From NCBI GenBank assembly GCA_021735655.1, contig JAIPGM010000003.1, positions 1 to 64,000 of the forward strand: a stretch of 64,000 bases of DNA, written 5' to 3'. This stretch comes from Candidatus Omnitrophota bacterium (GTDB lineage: Bacteria > Omnitrophota > Gorgyraeia > Duberdicusellales > 4484-171). Below the pieces are notes generated by a model that worked only from the letters and a program-made list of their open reading frames with translations, searched no databases and had not been told where the DNA came from. The translations under genes and the position numbers were made by a program. Of the stretch, positions 46,029 to 55,990 are shown in pieces (position 1 is the first letter of the stretch; each line of letters begins with the position of its first letter).

Positions 46029-47828
46029 ATGAGAATAATTTGTTTTTTAAATCCAAAATTAATTAGCAGTCACAAAATTCCCGTTTTTAATAAAAATCGT
46101 TATATTATTTCCTATGATGAGTTTAAACCGCGGGAAGCTATTACTAGAGATAGCAACCTTAAACAAATTATAATTTTTCCAATAACAAATCAAGAGCGGG
46201 CCACTTGCGAAAGAGAGTATATCGCTAATGTTTCAAAATTATCCGAGATTTTTGATTCATTGGAGTGGTGGGCGAATCCAATTTCTGAGAAAAATGAACA
46301 TTCTTCTATACAGTATAAAGATTTGTGTTTATTTTTTTCTTTAATAAAAACTATAGATAAACATAGGGATGAACGATGCGACATTTTGGTTTATGGGGAC
46401 GGTAGTATTTATAATATTCTGAGAAAGCATTATTCGAACAAGGGGATACAGGTAGTATTCATAGGTAGCAAACTCTTTAGAAACATCCAAAGTTTTATAT
46501 ACCAGATACTAAAAATCGTATTATTATTTTTTAAAATTATTTCACGCAAGTTATTTTTGAGGAAAATAGCCAGTAAACTAAGGAAACAATTAAGTAACAA
46601 AAGCTGTTATTATGTAATAAGGACATGGCTTTATAATCAACCAGATGCTAATTTCAGAAATGATGCTTTTTTTGGAAGATTGCCTGAATACGCAGCGAAT
46701 CGAGGCAATAAAGTATTACTGCTAGGTGGAATTATTGATAATTATCGAAAGATTTTGCAAAAAATATTAAAGTCTGATGGTAAAACTATTGTTATTCCGG
46801 AAGAGTATTTTTTAAAATATTCAGATATTTTTAAGTTATTCGTTTATTTTAAATTTAAAATCAGGAAGCTTGATAGCAAAATTATTTTTAAGGGAATTGA
46901 TGTAACAGATTACTATTCTCAAGAGATTTTTAAAGGATTTTGGCAAGACTCATATATTTATAATATTATTCGTTATATGATTGCAAAGCGTTTTGGCGAA
47001 ACTGTTAATTTTAATGTTTTCCTGCAGACTTTTGAAAATTATGCTTGGGAAAAAGTGACCATTAAAGGGATTAAGGCGGCAAGGAGCAATTGTAGGGTAT
47101 TAGGATTTCAGCATGCCTTCGTGTCAAGGAATTCATTTAAGTATTTTCCTGGACAACAGGAATTAGACAGGATTCCTTTACCAGATAAAATTATTACTAT
47201 GGGTGAGAGGACAAAAGAGATTTTGCAAAATTACGGAGCTTATCGCAAAGAACAAATCGTAGTTGGTTGTGCTTTACGCCAACAGTATCTCGATGATTTG
47301 TCTTTTATAGAGAGGCGGCGTTGCAATAAAATACTAGTACCATTGACAATGGTTACTCAGGAGTCAATCAGAATTATTAAGTTTCTTTGCGACTCTAATA
47401 TTTCTAAGACAAATAAAAATATTGTTATTAGGCCTCATCCAGCACGGGATTTTAAATCAGTAAAAGAAAAGATTCCATTTGAAATACCCAGTAATTTTAT
47501 AATTAATAATTGTAAGACGATGAAGGAAGAGTTATCTGATGCAGGTATGGTTTTGTATACTTGGTCAACGATTTCTGCCGAAGCATTAAGATTGGGGTTG
47601 CCGGTAATTTATCTGGATATATTAAGGCCACTTTATGTTGATCCTTTATTTGAATGTGATGCTCTTAAAAGAAAGGTTAGTGAGGCTGATGAGCTTGTGC
47701 CGGCAGTTGACAGCCTTTATGGGATAAGTAATGATGATTTTGAAATTGAACGGAAGATGGCCAGTGAGTATAGTAAAAGTTATTTTTATCCAGTAACAGA
47801 AAGTAATTTAGCACATTTTTTTTCGTAA
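46029..47828 (+). CDS. large hypothetical protein (599 aa), GT-B-like; candidate glycosyltransferase/polymerase
   Basis: C-terminal IVIRPHPARD...DAGMVLYTWSTISAEALRLGLPVIYLD resembles a GT-B donor-binding domain. Confidence 0.3.
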   Translation: MRIICFLNPKLISSHKIPVFNKNRYIISYDEFKPREAITRDSNLKQIIIFPITNQERATCEREYIANVSKLSEIFDSLEWWANPISEKNEHSSIQYKDLCLFFSLIKTIDKHRDERCDILVYGDGSIYNILRKHYSNKGIQVVFIGSKLFRNIQSFIYQILKIVLLFFKIISRKLFLRKIASKLRKQLSNKSCYYVIRTWLYNQPDANFRNDAFFGRLPEYAANRGNKVLLLGGIIDNYRKILQKILKSDGKTIVIPEEYFLKYSDIFKLFVYFKFKIRKLDSKIIFKGIDVTDYYSQEIFKGFWQDSYIYNIIRYMIAKRFGETVNFNVFLQTFENYAWEKVTIKGIKAARSNCRVLGFQHAFVSRNSFKYFPGQQELDRIPLPDKIITMGERTKEILQNYGAYRKEQIVVGCALRQQYLDDLSFIERRRCNKILVPLTMVTQESIRIIKFLCDSNISKTNKNIVIRPHPARDFKSVKEKIPFEIPSNFIINNCKTMKEELSDAGMVLYTWSTISAEALRLGLPVIYLDILRPLYVDPLFECDALKRKVSEADELVPAVDSLYGISNDDFEIERKMASEYSKSYFYPVTESNLAHFFS

Positions 47829-47852
47829 GTATAAAAAGGAAATTAAGGTTAG

Positions 47853-48737
47853 ATGAAAATACTAATTACAGGGGCAGCGGGCATGCTTGCTGAGGAAGTG
47901 GTATCTAATTTATTAAAGCATGGGCACAAGGTTGTTCAAGCAGACATAAACCAACGTCTTCCAGATATATTAAAAATTAATATTCAAGATCGTGATGGTG
48001 TCATGAGGTTGGTAGAAAAAGAGAGCCCGGATTATATTTTCCATCTTGCTGCTGAGACTGATGTCGATTTATGTGAAGAAGATCCCGATCATGCTTTTAG
48101 AGTGAATAGCCAGGGAACCGAGAATATTGCTCTAGTTTGTTTGGAGCATAAGATACCTTGTCTATATATTAGCACAGGGGCAGTTTTTTCTGGAGTTAAG
48201 CAAGAGCCTTACACAGAGTTCGATACACCTTTACCAGTAAGTGTTTACGGTAGGAGTAAGCTAAAGGGCGAAGAGATAGTTAAAAATACTTTAAATAAAT
48301 ATTTTATAATTCGTGCTGGATGGATGGTTGGTGGTTGGGAACTTGACAAAAAGTTTGTTTATAAGATAGTTCAACAGCTAAAAAAAGGCCAAAAGCAATT
48401 ACGTGTAGTTGCTGATAAATTTGGTTCACCTACCTTTACAAAAGATTTTGCAAATAATCTTATGAGTGTTATTAATAGTAAGCGCTATGGATTGTATCAT
48501 ATGGCAAATACAGGTACATGTTCACGTTATGATATGGCAGTAAAGATAGTTGAATATATGGGGTTGAATGGTCAAGTAACAATTGAGCCTGTTAGCTCTG
48601 AACAATTTCCTTTATCTGCCCCCCGTGCTCGTTCAGAAATGATGCAAAATCACAAGTTGCAATTGTTAGGACTCAACAATATGCCACGTTGGGAAGATTC
48701 TCTCAAAAACTACATTAAAGAGAATAAATGCAGATAA
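47853..48737 (+). CDS. rfbD: dTDP-4-dehydrorhamnose reductase
   Basis: ILITGAAGMLA, YGRSKLKGE. Sized and ordered like RmlD. Confidence 0.8.
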   Translation: MKILITGAAGMLAEEVVSNLLKHGHKVVQADINQRLPDILKINIQDRDGVMRLVEKESPDYIFHLAAETDVDLCEEDPDHAFRVNSQGTENIALVCLEHKIPCLYISTGAVFSGVKQEPYTEFDTPLPVSVYGRSKLKGEEIVKNTLNKYFIIRAGWMVGGWELDKKFVYKIVQQLKKGQKQLRVVADKFGSPTFTKDFANNLMSVINSKRYGLYHMANTGTCSRYDMAVKIVEYMGLNGQVTIEPVSSEQFPLSAPRARSEMMQNHKLQLLGLNNMPRWEDSLKNYIKENKCR

Positions 48738-48738
48738 A

Positions 48739-49683
48739 ATGACAGAGTCAAAAAAAATAGATATTATTATTCCTGCTTACAATAAAGCAGATTTAACAGT
48801 TAAGGCCATTGATAGCGTATTGCAGCAAACTTACAATAATATAGAAATAATAGTAGTCGATGATGGTTCAACGGATGAAACTAAAAAGTTAATTTCATCC
48901 GTTAAAGATAAAAGCAAGGTAAAGTATATCTATAAAGATAATGGTGGTGCTTGTAGCGCTAGAAATTTAGGTATAAAAGTTTCTCAAGCTCAGTACATCG
49001 GATTTCTCGATTGCGATGATATGTACTTACCTCAAAAGGTGGAATTAAGTCTTGCTTATCTAGAGGATAACCCCGATATTGGGTTTGTTCATACGGCAGC
49101 TTATTTTATAGACGAGAACGACACTATTTTGCGTCAATTTTCTCCTAAGATAAGCACTAAAGTGGGCAAAATTAAAGATAATCTTGTTTTACGTAATTTT
49201 ATTTGTCCATCAACTACGATTATTAGAAAATCGTGCATCGATGAAGTTGGTTACTTTGATGAGTCAATTTTTACTCCGGCAGATTGGGATATGTGGCTAA
49301 GGTTGACAGAAAAATTTAAAGCTAGCTATATTGATATCCCTTTAACTATGTATAGAGTTTCAGATAGCTACATTTTAAGCAATCTAATTCAATCAGAGAA
49401 AGAAGAGCAGATAGTGCTAGATAAGCTATTTGTGAGAAATCTTCAAATTAATGATTTCACTAAAAGCAAAGCAATCTCTAATATGTATCTACGCTCGGCT
49501 ATAAATTACCTAATGACTGGAGATTTGCCTTCATCTAGGAGTAAGTTCCTTGCATCGTTAAGAGAAAACAGATTGAATTTCAAGGCTTTAGCGATGTTCA
49601 TATACTTTACTTTGGCTAAGCAAAACCTAAGAGCAAAAGTGACGAAAAAAATATTCGCTAAAGATTATTTCTCTGACGCATGA
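48739..49683 (+). CDS. glycosyltransferase family 2
   Basis: IDIIIPAYNKADL...VVDDGSTDET and DCDD motif. Confidence 0.8.
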   Translation: MTESKKIDIIIPAYNKADLTVKAIDSVLQQTYNNIEIIVVDDGSTDETKKLISSVKDKSKVKYIYKDNGGACSARNLGIKVSQAQYIGFLDCDDMYLPQKVELSLAYLEDNPDIGFVHTAAYFIDENDTILRQFSPKISTKVGKIKDNLVLRNFICPSTTIIRKSCIDEVGYFDESIFTPADWDMWLRLTEKFKASYIDIPLTMYRVSDSYILSNLIQSEKEEQIVLDKLFVRNLQINDFTKSKAISNMYLRSAINYLMTGDLPSSRSKFLASLRENRLNFKALAMFIYFTLAKQNLRAKVTKKIFAKDYFSDA

Positions 49684-49709
49684 TCAGGAGGATAATTTAA
49701 TTTAACGGT

Positions 49710-51431
49710 ATGGTTTTTACTAATTTTAAAAATAAAAATACCCTTGAAACTTTAATAAACACAACAGGGTTATTGGCTCTTGGTTTAGCCTCTTTTTTAT
49801 ACTGCATTCTTCATAGAAACTTTGCTGAATTAAACCTAAAATTATCCTTTTTGGATTTTCCCATCTTTATTGGGGAAGTACTATTAATTTTTTGTTTACT
49901 TTTTTTAGCAATAAAGCTGACTCTTAATTTTCCCAGATTTAACCGAGGGCATTGTTTAGTATTAATTTATTTTTTATTTATATTAATAAAAGCCTTTTGG
50001 GGATACTCTAAATGGGGACCGCTTGCCTTTCGGCACGCAGCTTTATTTTACTACCCCCTATTTTTTATCTTTGGCTATAAATTTTACCAGAAAAGTTTTT
50101 TTAACAAGTACACAATCCCGATTATATTTTTATTTTTGGTGTACAACACCCGTCAGACTACTTTAGTTTCACTTCTGCTTGCAGTTGTCCTTTTGATTGC
50201 TTATTGGAGGAAAAGTAAGCTATCCTACGTTCTCCTTTTAGGTCTTTTATCCTTTACACCCTTTCACTTGCTCTATAAAAGCTCACGAACAGCAATGATT
50301 AGCAGTTTCCTTACCATACTTTTCATTCTGGCTGCTTTGCTTTTTATATCTAAGCTAAAAATAAGGTATAAAATTTACCTCTTGATAGCTTCTTTTGTTT
50401 TCTCCCTGTTAGTTTTATTTAAGGTTTCACCGACCAATGAATTAAAATCTTTAGTGTCGTTTAAGCATTTACTTAATGGATATAAACTAGAACGCCAAAG
50501 AATAGCTGAAAGAGAGATTAATTTTGGAATTCAGGATATAAAAGTAGCCCTATACAATCCAGAGGTTAAGCAAAATGGCTTAAAACAGACTATTCAAGTA
50601 AAGCCAGATGAACCTCAGGTAGACTTAGAAAGAGTTAAGCCGGCCTTAGAAGAAATAGTAGTTGTTAGCAGCAGTCTTAAAGATCCAGAGGCCGAGGTAA
50701 TACAAGCAAGAATAAGAGAGCTTAAGGATAAGGTGGGAAAAAATGAAGCCACATTATCTAAAAACCAATTGAACACTCAAGAGGGCCTCAATAGCCTATA
50801 TAGAAATGCTAAGGGTGTAGTTCGTATTTTAGAAGATAAATCGAGCATACTTTCTTTGGAGGATATAAGGAAGATTGAGCGAGCTAAGACTTTGCTTGGT
50901 GAACTTTCAGTTATAATCGATAAATCCCAAGCAAAGAGTAAGGCTAAACCAATTACCCGCAATCTAGACGGAGCCAATACTAGTTCTTTGTTTAGGATTT
51001 TTATTTGGGAAGATATGATAAAGCAACTCATAGAAGAAAAACCGCTTTTGGGATTTGACTTTGGCAAACCCCTGCGCTCAAAGAATATTGAAATATTATA
51101 TTTGGCTGAAGCCGATTGGAAAGCCTGCGGTTGGATAACTCCACACAACTCTTATCTTCATGCTGTCTACAGGGCTGGGGTTGTAGGACTATTGTACGTA
51201 ATTATAATTTATATTTTTCTGCTGATAATGATAAAAAACTTTATTTCTTTACGTTCAGTTAAAGGCATACTACTGTCGGGGAGCGTAATGGTTTGGTTGA
51301 TAGCAGCTAATTTTTTTGTTATTTTTGAATTGCCTTATAGTGCTATTCCTTTTTGGAGTCTATTCGGTATGAGCTGGGCTTATCTAAGCGGTCTCAATAG
51401 AAAACTTAACAGTCAGAGGAGGAAGATGTAG
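49710..51431 (+). CDS. O-antigen ligase/polymerase family membrane protein (Wzy_C domain)
   Basis: Multiple TM segments flank a roughly 170-aa hydrophilic loop. C-terminal HNSYLHAVYRAGVVGLL motif. Confidence 0.6.
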   Translation: MVFTNFKNKNTLETLINTTGLLALGLASFLYCILHRNFAELNLKLSFLDFPIFIGEVLLIFCLLFLAIKLTLNFPRFNRGHCLVLIYFLFILIKAFWGYSKWGPLAFRHAALFYYPLFFIFGYKFYQKSFFNKYTIPIIFLFLVYNTRQTTLVSLLLAVVLLIAYWRKSKLSYVLLLGLLSFTPFHLLYKSSRTAMISSFLTILFILAALLFISKLKIRYKIYLLIASFVFSLLVLFKVSPTNELKSLVSFKHLLNGYKLERQRIAEREINFGIQDIKVALYNPEVKQNGLKQTIQVKPDEPQVDLERVKPALEEIVVVSSSLKDPEAEVIQARIRELKDKVGKNEATLSKNQLNTQEGLNSLYRNAKGVVRILEDKSSILSLEDIRKIERAKTLLGELSVIIDKSQAKSKAKPITRNLDGANTSSLFRIFIWEDMIKQLIEEKPLLGFDFGKPLRSKNIEILYLAEADWKACGWITPHNSYLHAVYRAGVVGLLYVIIIYIFLLIMIKNFISLRSVKGILLSGSVMVWLIAANFFVIFELPYSAIPFWSLFGMSWAYLSGLNRKLNSQRRKM

Positions 51432-52160
51432 ATGCAAGAGAAAGCTTCAGTAGTTGGAATGGATAAATTTTGCAAGAATTCTTTTGATGCTTTCTTTCAA
51501 AAGATACCTTTTTTGTGGCTTAAAAAGTTACTAGATAGAAATAACATTGATTTAAATGAAAAGTCGGTCTTAATCGCTGGATGTGGGATAGGCCGTGACA
51601 TTTACCACTTGCAAGATTTTTATAAATTTGACAGATTGTACGCCTCCGACATTAGTATCGATTCGCTTAAATCAACTATTTCTTCTTTTCCTTTGGCCAA
51701 AGGAGTAATTGTCGATAATCAACGGTTAGGATTGGAAACTGATTCTGTTGATTATGTTTTTGTGGGAACCTCTTTGCATCATTTGAAGGAACCATTGAGA
51801 GGGCTATATGAGCTATTGAGAGTTGCTAAAAAAGGACTGATAGTTATGGAGCCTAACGATACTTGGCTTACCAGACTTTTTGAGAAATTAGGCTTGGCTC
51901 AGGAATACGAAATTGAACATAAAAATTATGTTTATCGATTTAGGAAAAGAGAGGTAGCCAAGATAAGCAATGCCTTATTTTTCAAATACGATCTTTGCCG
52001 TTTTTTTGCTACCCATAGGGCACCAACAACAAAGATAGAGTTTTGTGCCCTAAAAATTATACACAGATTATCTAATTTATTTTTTCCTAGTTTTGGAAAT
52101 CATATTGTGTTTATAATCAAAAAAGAAAAGTTACTTCCTAGATGCTTGCAAGCTAAGTAA
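51432..52160 (+). CDS. class I SAM-dependent methyltransferase (putative)
   Basis: VLIAGCGIGRD motif I-like. 242 aa. Confidence 0.5.
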   Translation: MQEKASVVGMDKFCKNSFDAFFQKIPFLWLKKLLDRNNIDLNEKSVLIAGCGIGRDIYHLQDFYKFDRLYASDISIDSLKSTISSFPLAKGVIVDNQRLGLETDSVDYVFVGTSLHHLKEPLRGLYELLRVAKKGLIVMEPNDTWLTRLFEKLGLAQEYEIEHKNYVYRFRKREVAKISNALFFKYDLCRFFATHRAPTTKIEFCALKIIHRLSNLFFPSFGNHIVFIIKKEKLLPRCLQAK

Positions 52161-52167
52161 TGTTTGA

Positions 52168-53343
52168 ATGAAGATTCTTCAGGTTCATAATTATTATAAA
52201 CAGTCCGGAGGTGAGGATGAGGTTTTTGCTGCTGAAACAGAAATCTTACGTCAGAATGGGAACGAAGTTTTAACCCAGACAACTTGCAATAGCTCAATCG
52301 ATGAAATGTCGCGGCCAAGACTGGCTTTGCACACTATATGGTCAGAGAGCTCTAGGAATAATTTCTTTCAATTATTAAAGAATAATCGGCCAGACATAGT
52401 CCACTTTCATAATATTTTTCCTCTTATTTCTCCCTCGGTCTATTACGTTTGCAAGCAGCTTAAAATTCCAACAGTCCAGACTCTCCATAATTATCGGCTG
52501 ATATGCCCGGCGGCTATTCTTTTTAGAGATTCAGCGATATGTGAGGATTGTTTTAATTCTTGTTGTTTTTGTCCCGGGATTCGACATGGCTGTTATCATG
52601 ATTCACATTTACAGACAGCGGTTATTTCTAGTATGTTAATTTCCCATCGTTTATTTGGAACTTGGAAAAACAAGGTTAATTTTTACATAGCTCTTACTGA
52701 ATTTTCACGGAAAAAATTTATCCAAGGGGGCTTGCCAAAAGATAAGGTGGTAGTCAAACCTAATTTTATTTATCCTGAGATAGAATCGGGTAAAAGCAAA
52801 AACAGATATATTCTTTTCGTCGGTCGCCTTTCTCCGGAAAAAGGAATAATGACACTTCTTGGGGCTTGGAAGCTTCTAAAAAATGTTCCTTTAAAGATTG
52901 TTGGGGGAGGACCTCTGGAGAAAACAGCCTTAGAAAACTTAGAAGCAGAAGGTTTAAAAGATATAGAGTTTTTAGGACGGAAGTCTCACCAAGAGACAGT
53001 TGAATTAATAAAGAAGGCTTATTGCTTAATATTTCCTTCAAATTGGTACGAATGTTTTCCGATGGTAATAATTGAGTCTTTTGCTAGTTCAACTCCAGTG
53101 ATTGCTTCTAGACTGGGAGCAATGGAAGATATTATCGATGAGGGCAGAAATGGAATTTTCTTTGAGCCGCAAAATCCTAAAGATCTTGCCCAGAAAGTAA
53201 ACTATGTTTGGAATAATAGTGACAAAATTGCTATAATGGGACAAGAAGCCAGGAAAGACTACCAGGATAAATATTCTGCCAATAGGAACTATAAGCTACT
53301 TATGGATATTTATTATAGAGCTATTGATCAAGCTAATGCTTAA
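52168..53343 (+). CDS. glycosyltransferase family 4 (GT-B)
   Basis: KILQVHNYYKQSGGED, FVGRLSPEKG, E-x7-E region (ESFASSTPVIAS). Confidence 0.8.
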   Translation: MKILQVHNYYKQSGGEDEVFAAETEILRQNGNEVLTQTTCNSSIDEMSRPRLALHTIWSESSRNNFFQLLKNNRPDIVHFHNIFPLISPSVYYVCKQLKIPTVQTLHNYRLICPAAILFRDSAICEDCFNSCCFCPGIRHGCYHDSHLQTAVISSMLISHRLFGTWKNKVNFYIALTEFSRKKFIQGGLPKDKVVVKPNFIYPEIESGKSKNRYILFVGRLSPEKGIMTLLGAWKLLKNVPLKIVGGGPLEKTALENLEAEGLKDIEFLGRKSHQETVELIKKAYCLIFPSNWYECFPMVIIESFASSTPVIASRLGAMEDIIDEGRNGIFFEPQNPKDLAQKVNYVWNNSDKIAIMGQEARKDYQDKYSANRNYKLLMDIYYRAIDQANA

Positions 53344-53480
53344 CTTATGACAAGAAACAATTATAGGAGTTATATATTTTTATTTGATGTTTATTGTTTT
53401 ATTGTTGCCGCTATATATGTAGGGTGGAGAATATTTATTTTTCTAAAAAGATATTTTTAGGATACTGTTTAATCAATAAA

Positions 53481-55127
53481 ATGTTATCGAAAAAGACAAA
53501 TTCCTTTAGTAGCTTTTCAAACCTGCTTCATTTACCTAGTTTTGCATTGATCATAGGCTATATAATTTATTGGTTTGAGATATATTTTTTTAAAAAAGGC
53601 CAAGGTTTAAGCTCACCATTAGCTACCTGTTTGCTTGCCGTTCTTGCTATATATTTATTTTTCGGACAAAGAAAGCTATTTTTCTCAGCAGTTGATTGGT
53701 GCATTAAGGAATATAAACAAGAGAGTAAAATAAGAAAAGCCGTAATATTGCTGGCTTGTTGTATTGTCTTTTTAATACTGTTGACTACATTTTTTGCACT
53801 TTTACTACCGCCGCATCTAGCTCAGGAGTTTGATGCCTTGAATTATCATTTGACGCTTCCTCGGCAGCATTTGATTTTAGGTTCCTTTTCGCATATTCAC
53901 TGGTCTGCGGCCGATTTATTTCCTTTGCCGATACAGTTTGCGCTGGCTCCCTATTGGCTAATTAAGGAGATTCCTAGTAAGTTTATCCATATATTGTTTG
54001 TTTTTGGGTTATTAGCGATTTCTTTAAATCTTATAAGGTGTTTTAGCAACAACAATTTTTTGTCTTTATTTATCGGATTAATGGCTATCTTGGGTTCTCA
54101 TAATGTGGGCATACAAATTCCGATTCTGATGCTTGATATTGTTATATGTTATCTATTTTTAGCTAGTATTGATAGTTTTTTAGAGGGAAAAATTATCCTC
54201 GGGTCTATAGAGTTATCTTTCTTTATATGGTCAAAGTCTTTTGTCCCATTTCAAATGTTGGCAATTTTAACTATAATTTTTCTGATCGGATTACTTTTGA
54301 AAAAGCTTGGGGCCAATAATAGAAGTTGGGTTTTTGAAAAAACTTCTTACGATAAGTTACTCTCCAGAAAATATCTTAAGAAGAGTGTATTGTATCTATT
54401 TCTATCTAGTATGCTTGTCGGCGGACCTTTTATGGCTAAGTCGCTACTTAAGTCAGGAACGCCCTTGTTTCCTTTTTCTCCCGGTCTTCTAAAGACATCT
54501 TCAGTTGACCAAAAAACACCGCATTGGCGATCAATCGTAGCTTCTTCAGAAAGGCATTTTTCCACCAAAGATGCTTATGGATCAGGAAGGTCAATATTAG
54601 AATTCTTACGGCATCTATGGCTTATAGCTGTGCCCGAAGATCAGACTACAAATCGTTACGACTACCCCCTCGGTTTGCCTTATTTACTTTTTCTTGCCCC
54701 TTTTATTTACTTTGTTTTTATATCTTTTAAAAAGAAACAGCTTGTTTTGTTACCTTTATTTGCAGTTAGTTTTTGGATGCTTTGGTGGTTTGGTTCCCAG
54801 CAAGCCAGGTTTCTTTATATTCCTTTATTGATTATTTTTATCAGTGTGGCGGCTAAAATAAAACAACCAAGAAATTCATTTATTTACGCCTTAGTTATCG
54901 CATTACTCTTTAATTTTATATCTATTTTTAGAGCTCACTCAGGTGATCTCTTCAAGCCTTCAGTAAAGGTGTTGCGAACCAAAGACAAACAGCTGATAGA
55001 AATGAATAAAAAGTATCGTGATAGATCTAGTTTGAGTCCAGTAGTTTTAGATTATTATGATGTTGCTTATGCCAATTTTCCTTTAAAGATTGTTGGCAAA
55101 AACCGTTTTTGGGTTTTAGAGGAGTAG
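53481..55127 (+). CDS. polytopic membrane protein, GT-C-like glycosyltransferase candidate
   Basis: At least 12 hydrophobic segments. Start uncertain: the ORF is open from 53394. Confidence 0.35.
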   Translation: MLSKKTNSFSSFSNLLHLPSFALIIGYIIYWFEIYFFKKGQGLSSPLATCLLAVLAIYLFFGQRKLFFSAVDWCIKEYKQESKIRKAVILLACCIVFLILLTTFFALLLPPHLAQEFDALNYHLTLPRQHLILGSFSHIHWSAADLFPLPIQFALAPYWLIKEIPSKFIHILFVFGLLAISLNLIRCFSNNNFLSLFIGLMAILGSHNVGIQIPILMLDIVICYLFLASIDSFLEGKIILGSIELSFFIWSKSFVPFQMLAILTIIFLIGLLLKKLGANNRSWVFEKTSYDKLLSRKYLKKSVLYLFLSSMLVGGPFMAKSLLKSGTPLFPFSPGLLKTSSVDQKTPHWRSIVASSERHFSTKDAYGSGRSILEFLRHLWLIAVPEDQTTNRYDYPLGLPYLLFLAPFIYFVFISFKKKQLVLLPLFAVSFWMLWWFGSQQARFLYIPLLIIFISVAAKIKQPRNSFIYALVIALLFNFISIFRAHSGDLFKPSVKVLRTKDKQLIEMNKKYRDRSSLSPVVLDYYDVAYANFPLKIVGKNRFWVLEE

Positions 55128-55128
55128 G

Positions 55129-55920
55129 ATGGAGAAAGATATTGAGGCTATTAGCATCTTAGGCACTAAGCTTAACATTATCCAAATCCCAGGAGTTATT
55201 GATATCATGGAGCGTTGGATTAAGGAGGTTGAAACCGGCAATTATATTGTTATAGCCAATGCTAATGATGTAATGATGGGTAGAAAGTATCAAGCTGTTA
55301 ATCAGTCCATTAATGAAAGTAGCCTTTCGGTTGCCGATGGAATTTCTTTAGTTTGGGCAGCCAGAGTTCAAGGTCGGCATCTAGAACGACGGGTCTACGG
55401 CCCGGACCTAATGCTTGAATTTTTAAAAACTAGTTGCCATAAAGAATATTCGCATTTTTTCTATGGTTCCGATCCAGACACTTTAAAAACAATGGTAGAT
55501 AAAATAAAGACAAAATTTCCACAAATAAAAATAAGCGGGTTTTATTCTCCGCCTTTTAGGAAACTGACCGATAGCGAAGATGAGGCTGTAGCTAAGATGA
55601 TTAATCAGTCTTGTCCTGACGTGTTATGGGTGGGGTTGGGTTGTCCCAGACAGCAACTTTGGATGCATGAGCATAGAGATAAACTAAAAGTTCCGGTCAT
55701 GGCAGGGGTGGGGGCGGCTTTTGACTTTATAGCTGGGACTAAGTTACAAGCTCCCCAATGGATGCGTAACAATGGATTTGAATGGTTATTTCGTTTAGTC
55801 ACCGAGCCCAAGAGGTTGTGGAAGCGATATTTGGTTGGTAATTTTATATTTTTATGGTTATACTTAAAAGAGTTAGTTAAAATAAAGTTTTTAAAGTTTT
55901 CGCAGCAATTTAAACCTTAG
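55129..55920 (+). CDS. WecB/TagA/CpsF family glycosyltransferase (GT26)
   Basis: ILGTKLNIIQIPGVIDIM...NANDVMM...FFYGSDPDTL pattern of the TagA/WecG family. Confidence 0.8.
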   Translation: MEKDIEAISILGTKLNIIQIPGVIDIMERWIKEVETGNYIVIANANDVMMGRKYQAVNQSINESSLSVADGISLVWAARVQGRHLERRVYGPDLMLEFLKTSCHKEYSHFFYGSDPDTLKTMVDKIKTKFPQIKISGFYSPPFRKLTDSEDEAVAKMINQSCPDVLWVGLGCPRQQLWMHEHRDKLKVPVMAGVGAAFDFIAGTKLQAPQWMRNNGFEWLFRLVTEPKRLWKRYLVGNFIFLWLYLKELVKIKFLKFSQQFKP

Positions 55921-55990
55921 GGGTAAATTAAAACTAGGAAGGGTTAAACATGAAGAAAGCTTTAAAGGCTAAAGTTTAGGAGGTTAGTAA

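Noticed and set aside
53394-53480. The N-terminal 29 codons of the ORF-track model for the GT-C-like membrane protein (MFYCCRYICRV...)
   Set aside because: Cys- and Tyr-rich low-complexity translation of an AT-rich spacer with no RBS. The start at ATG 53481 (MLSKK...) is preferred, though neither start has a clear SD.
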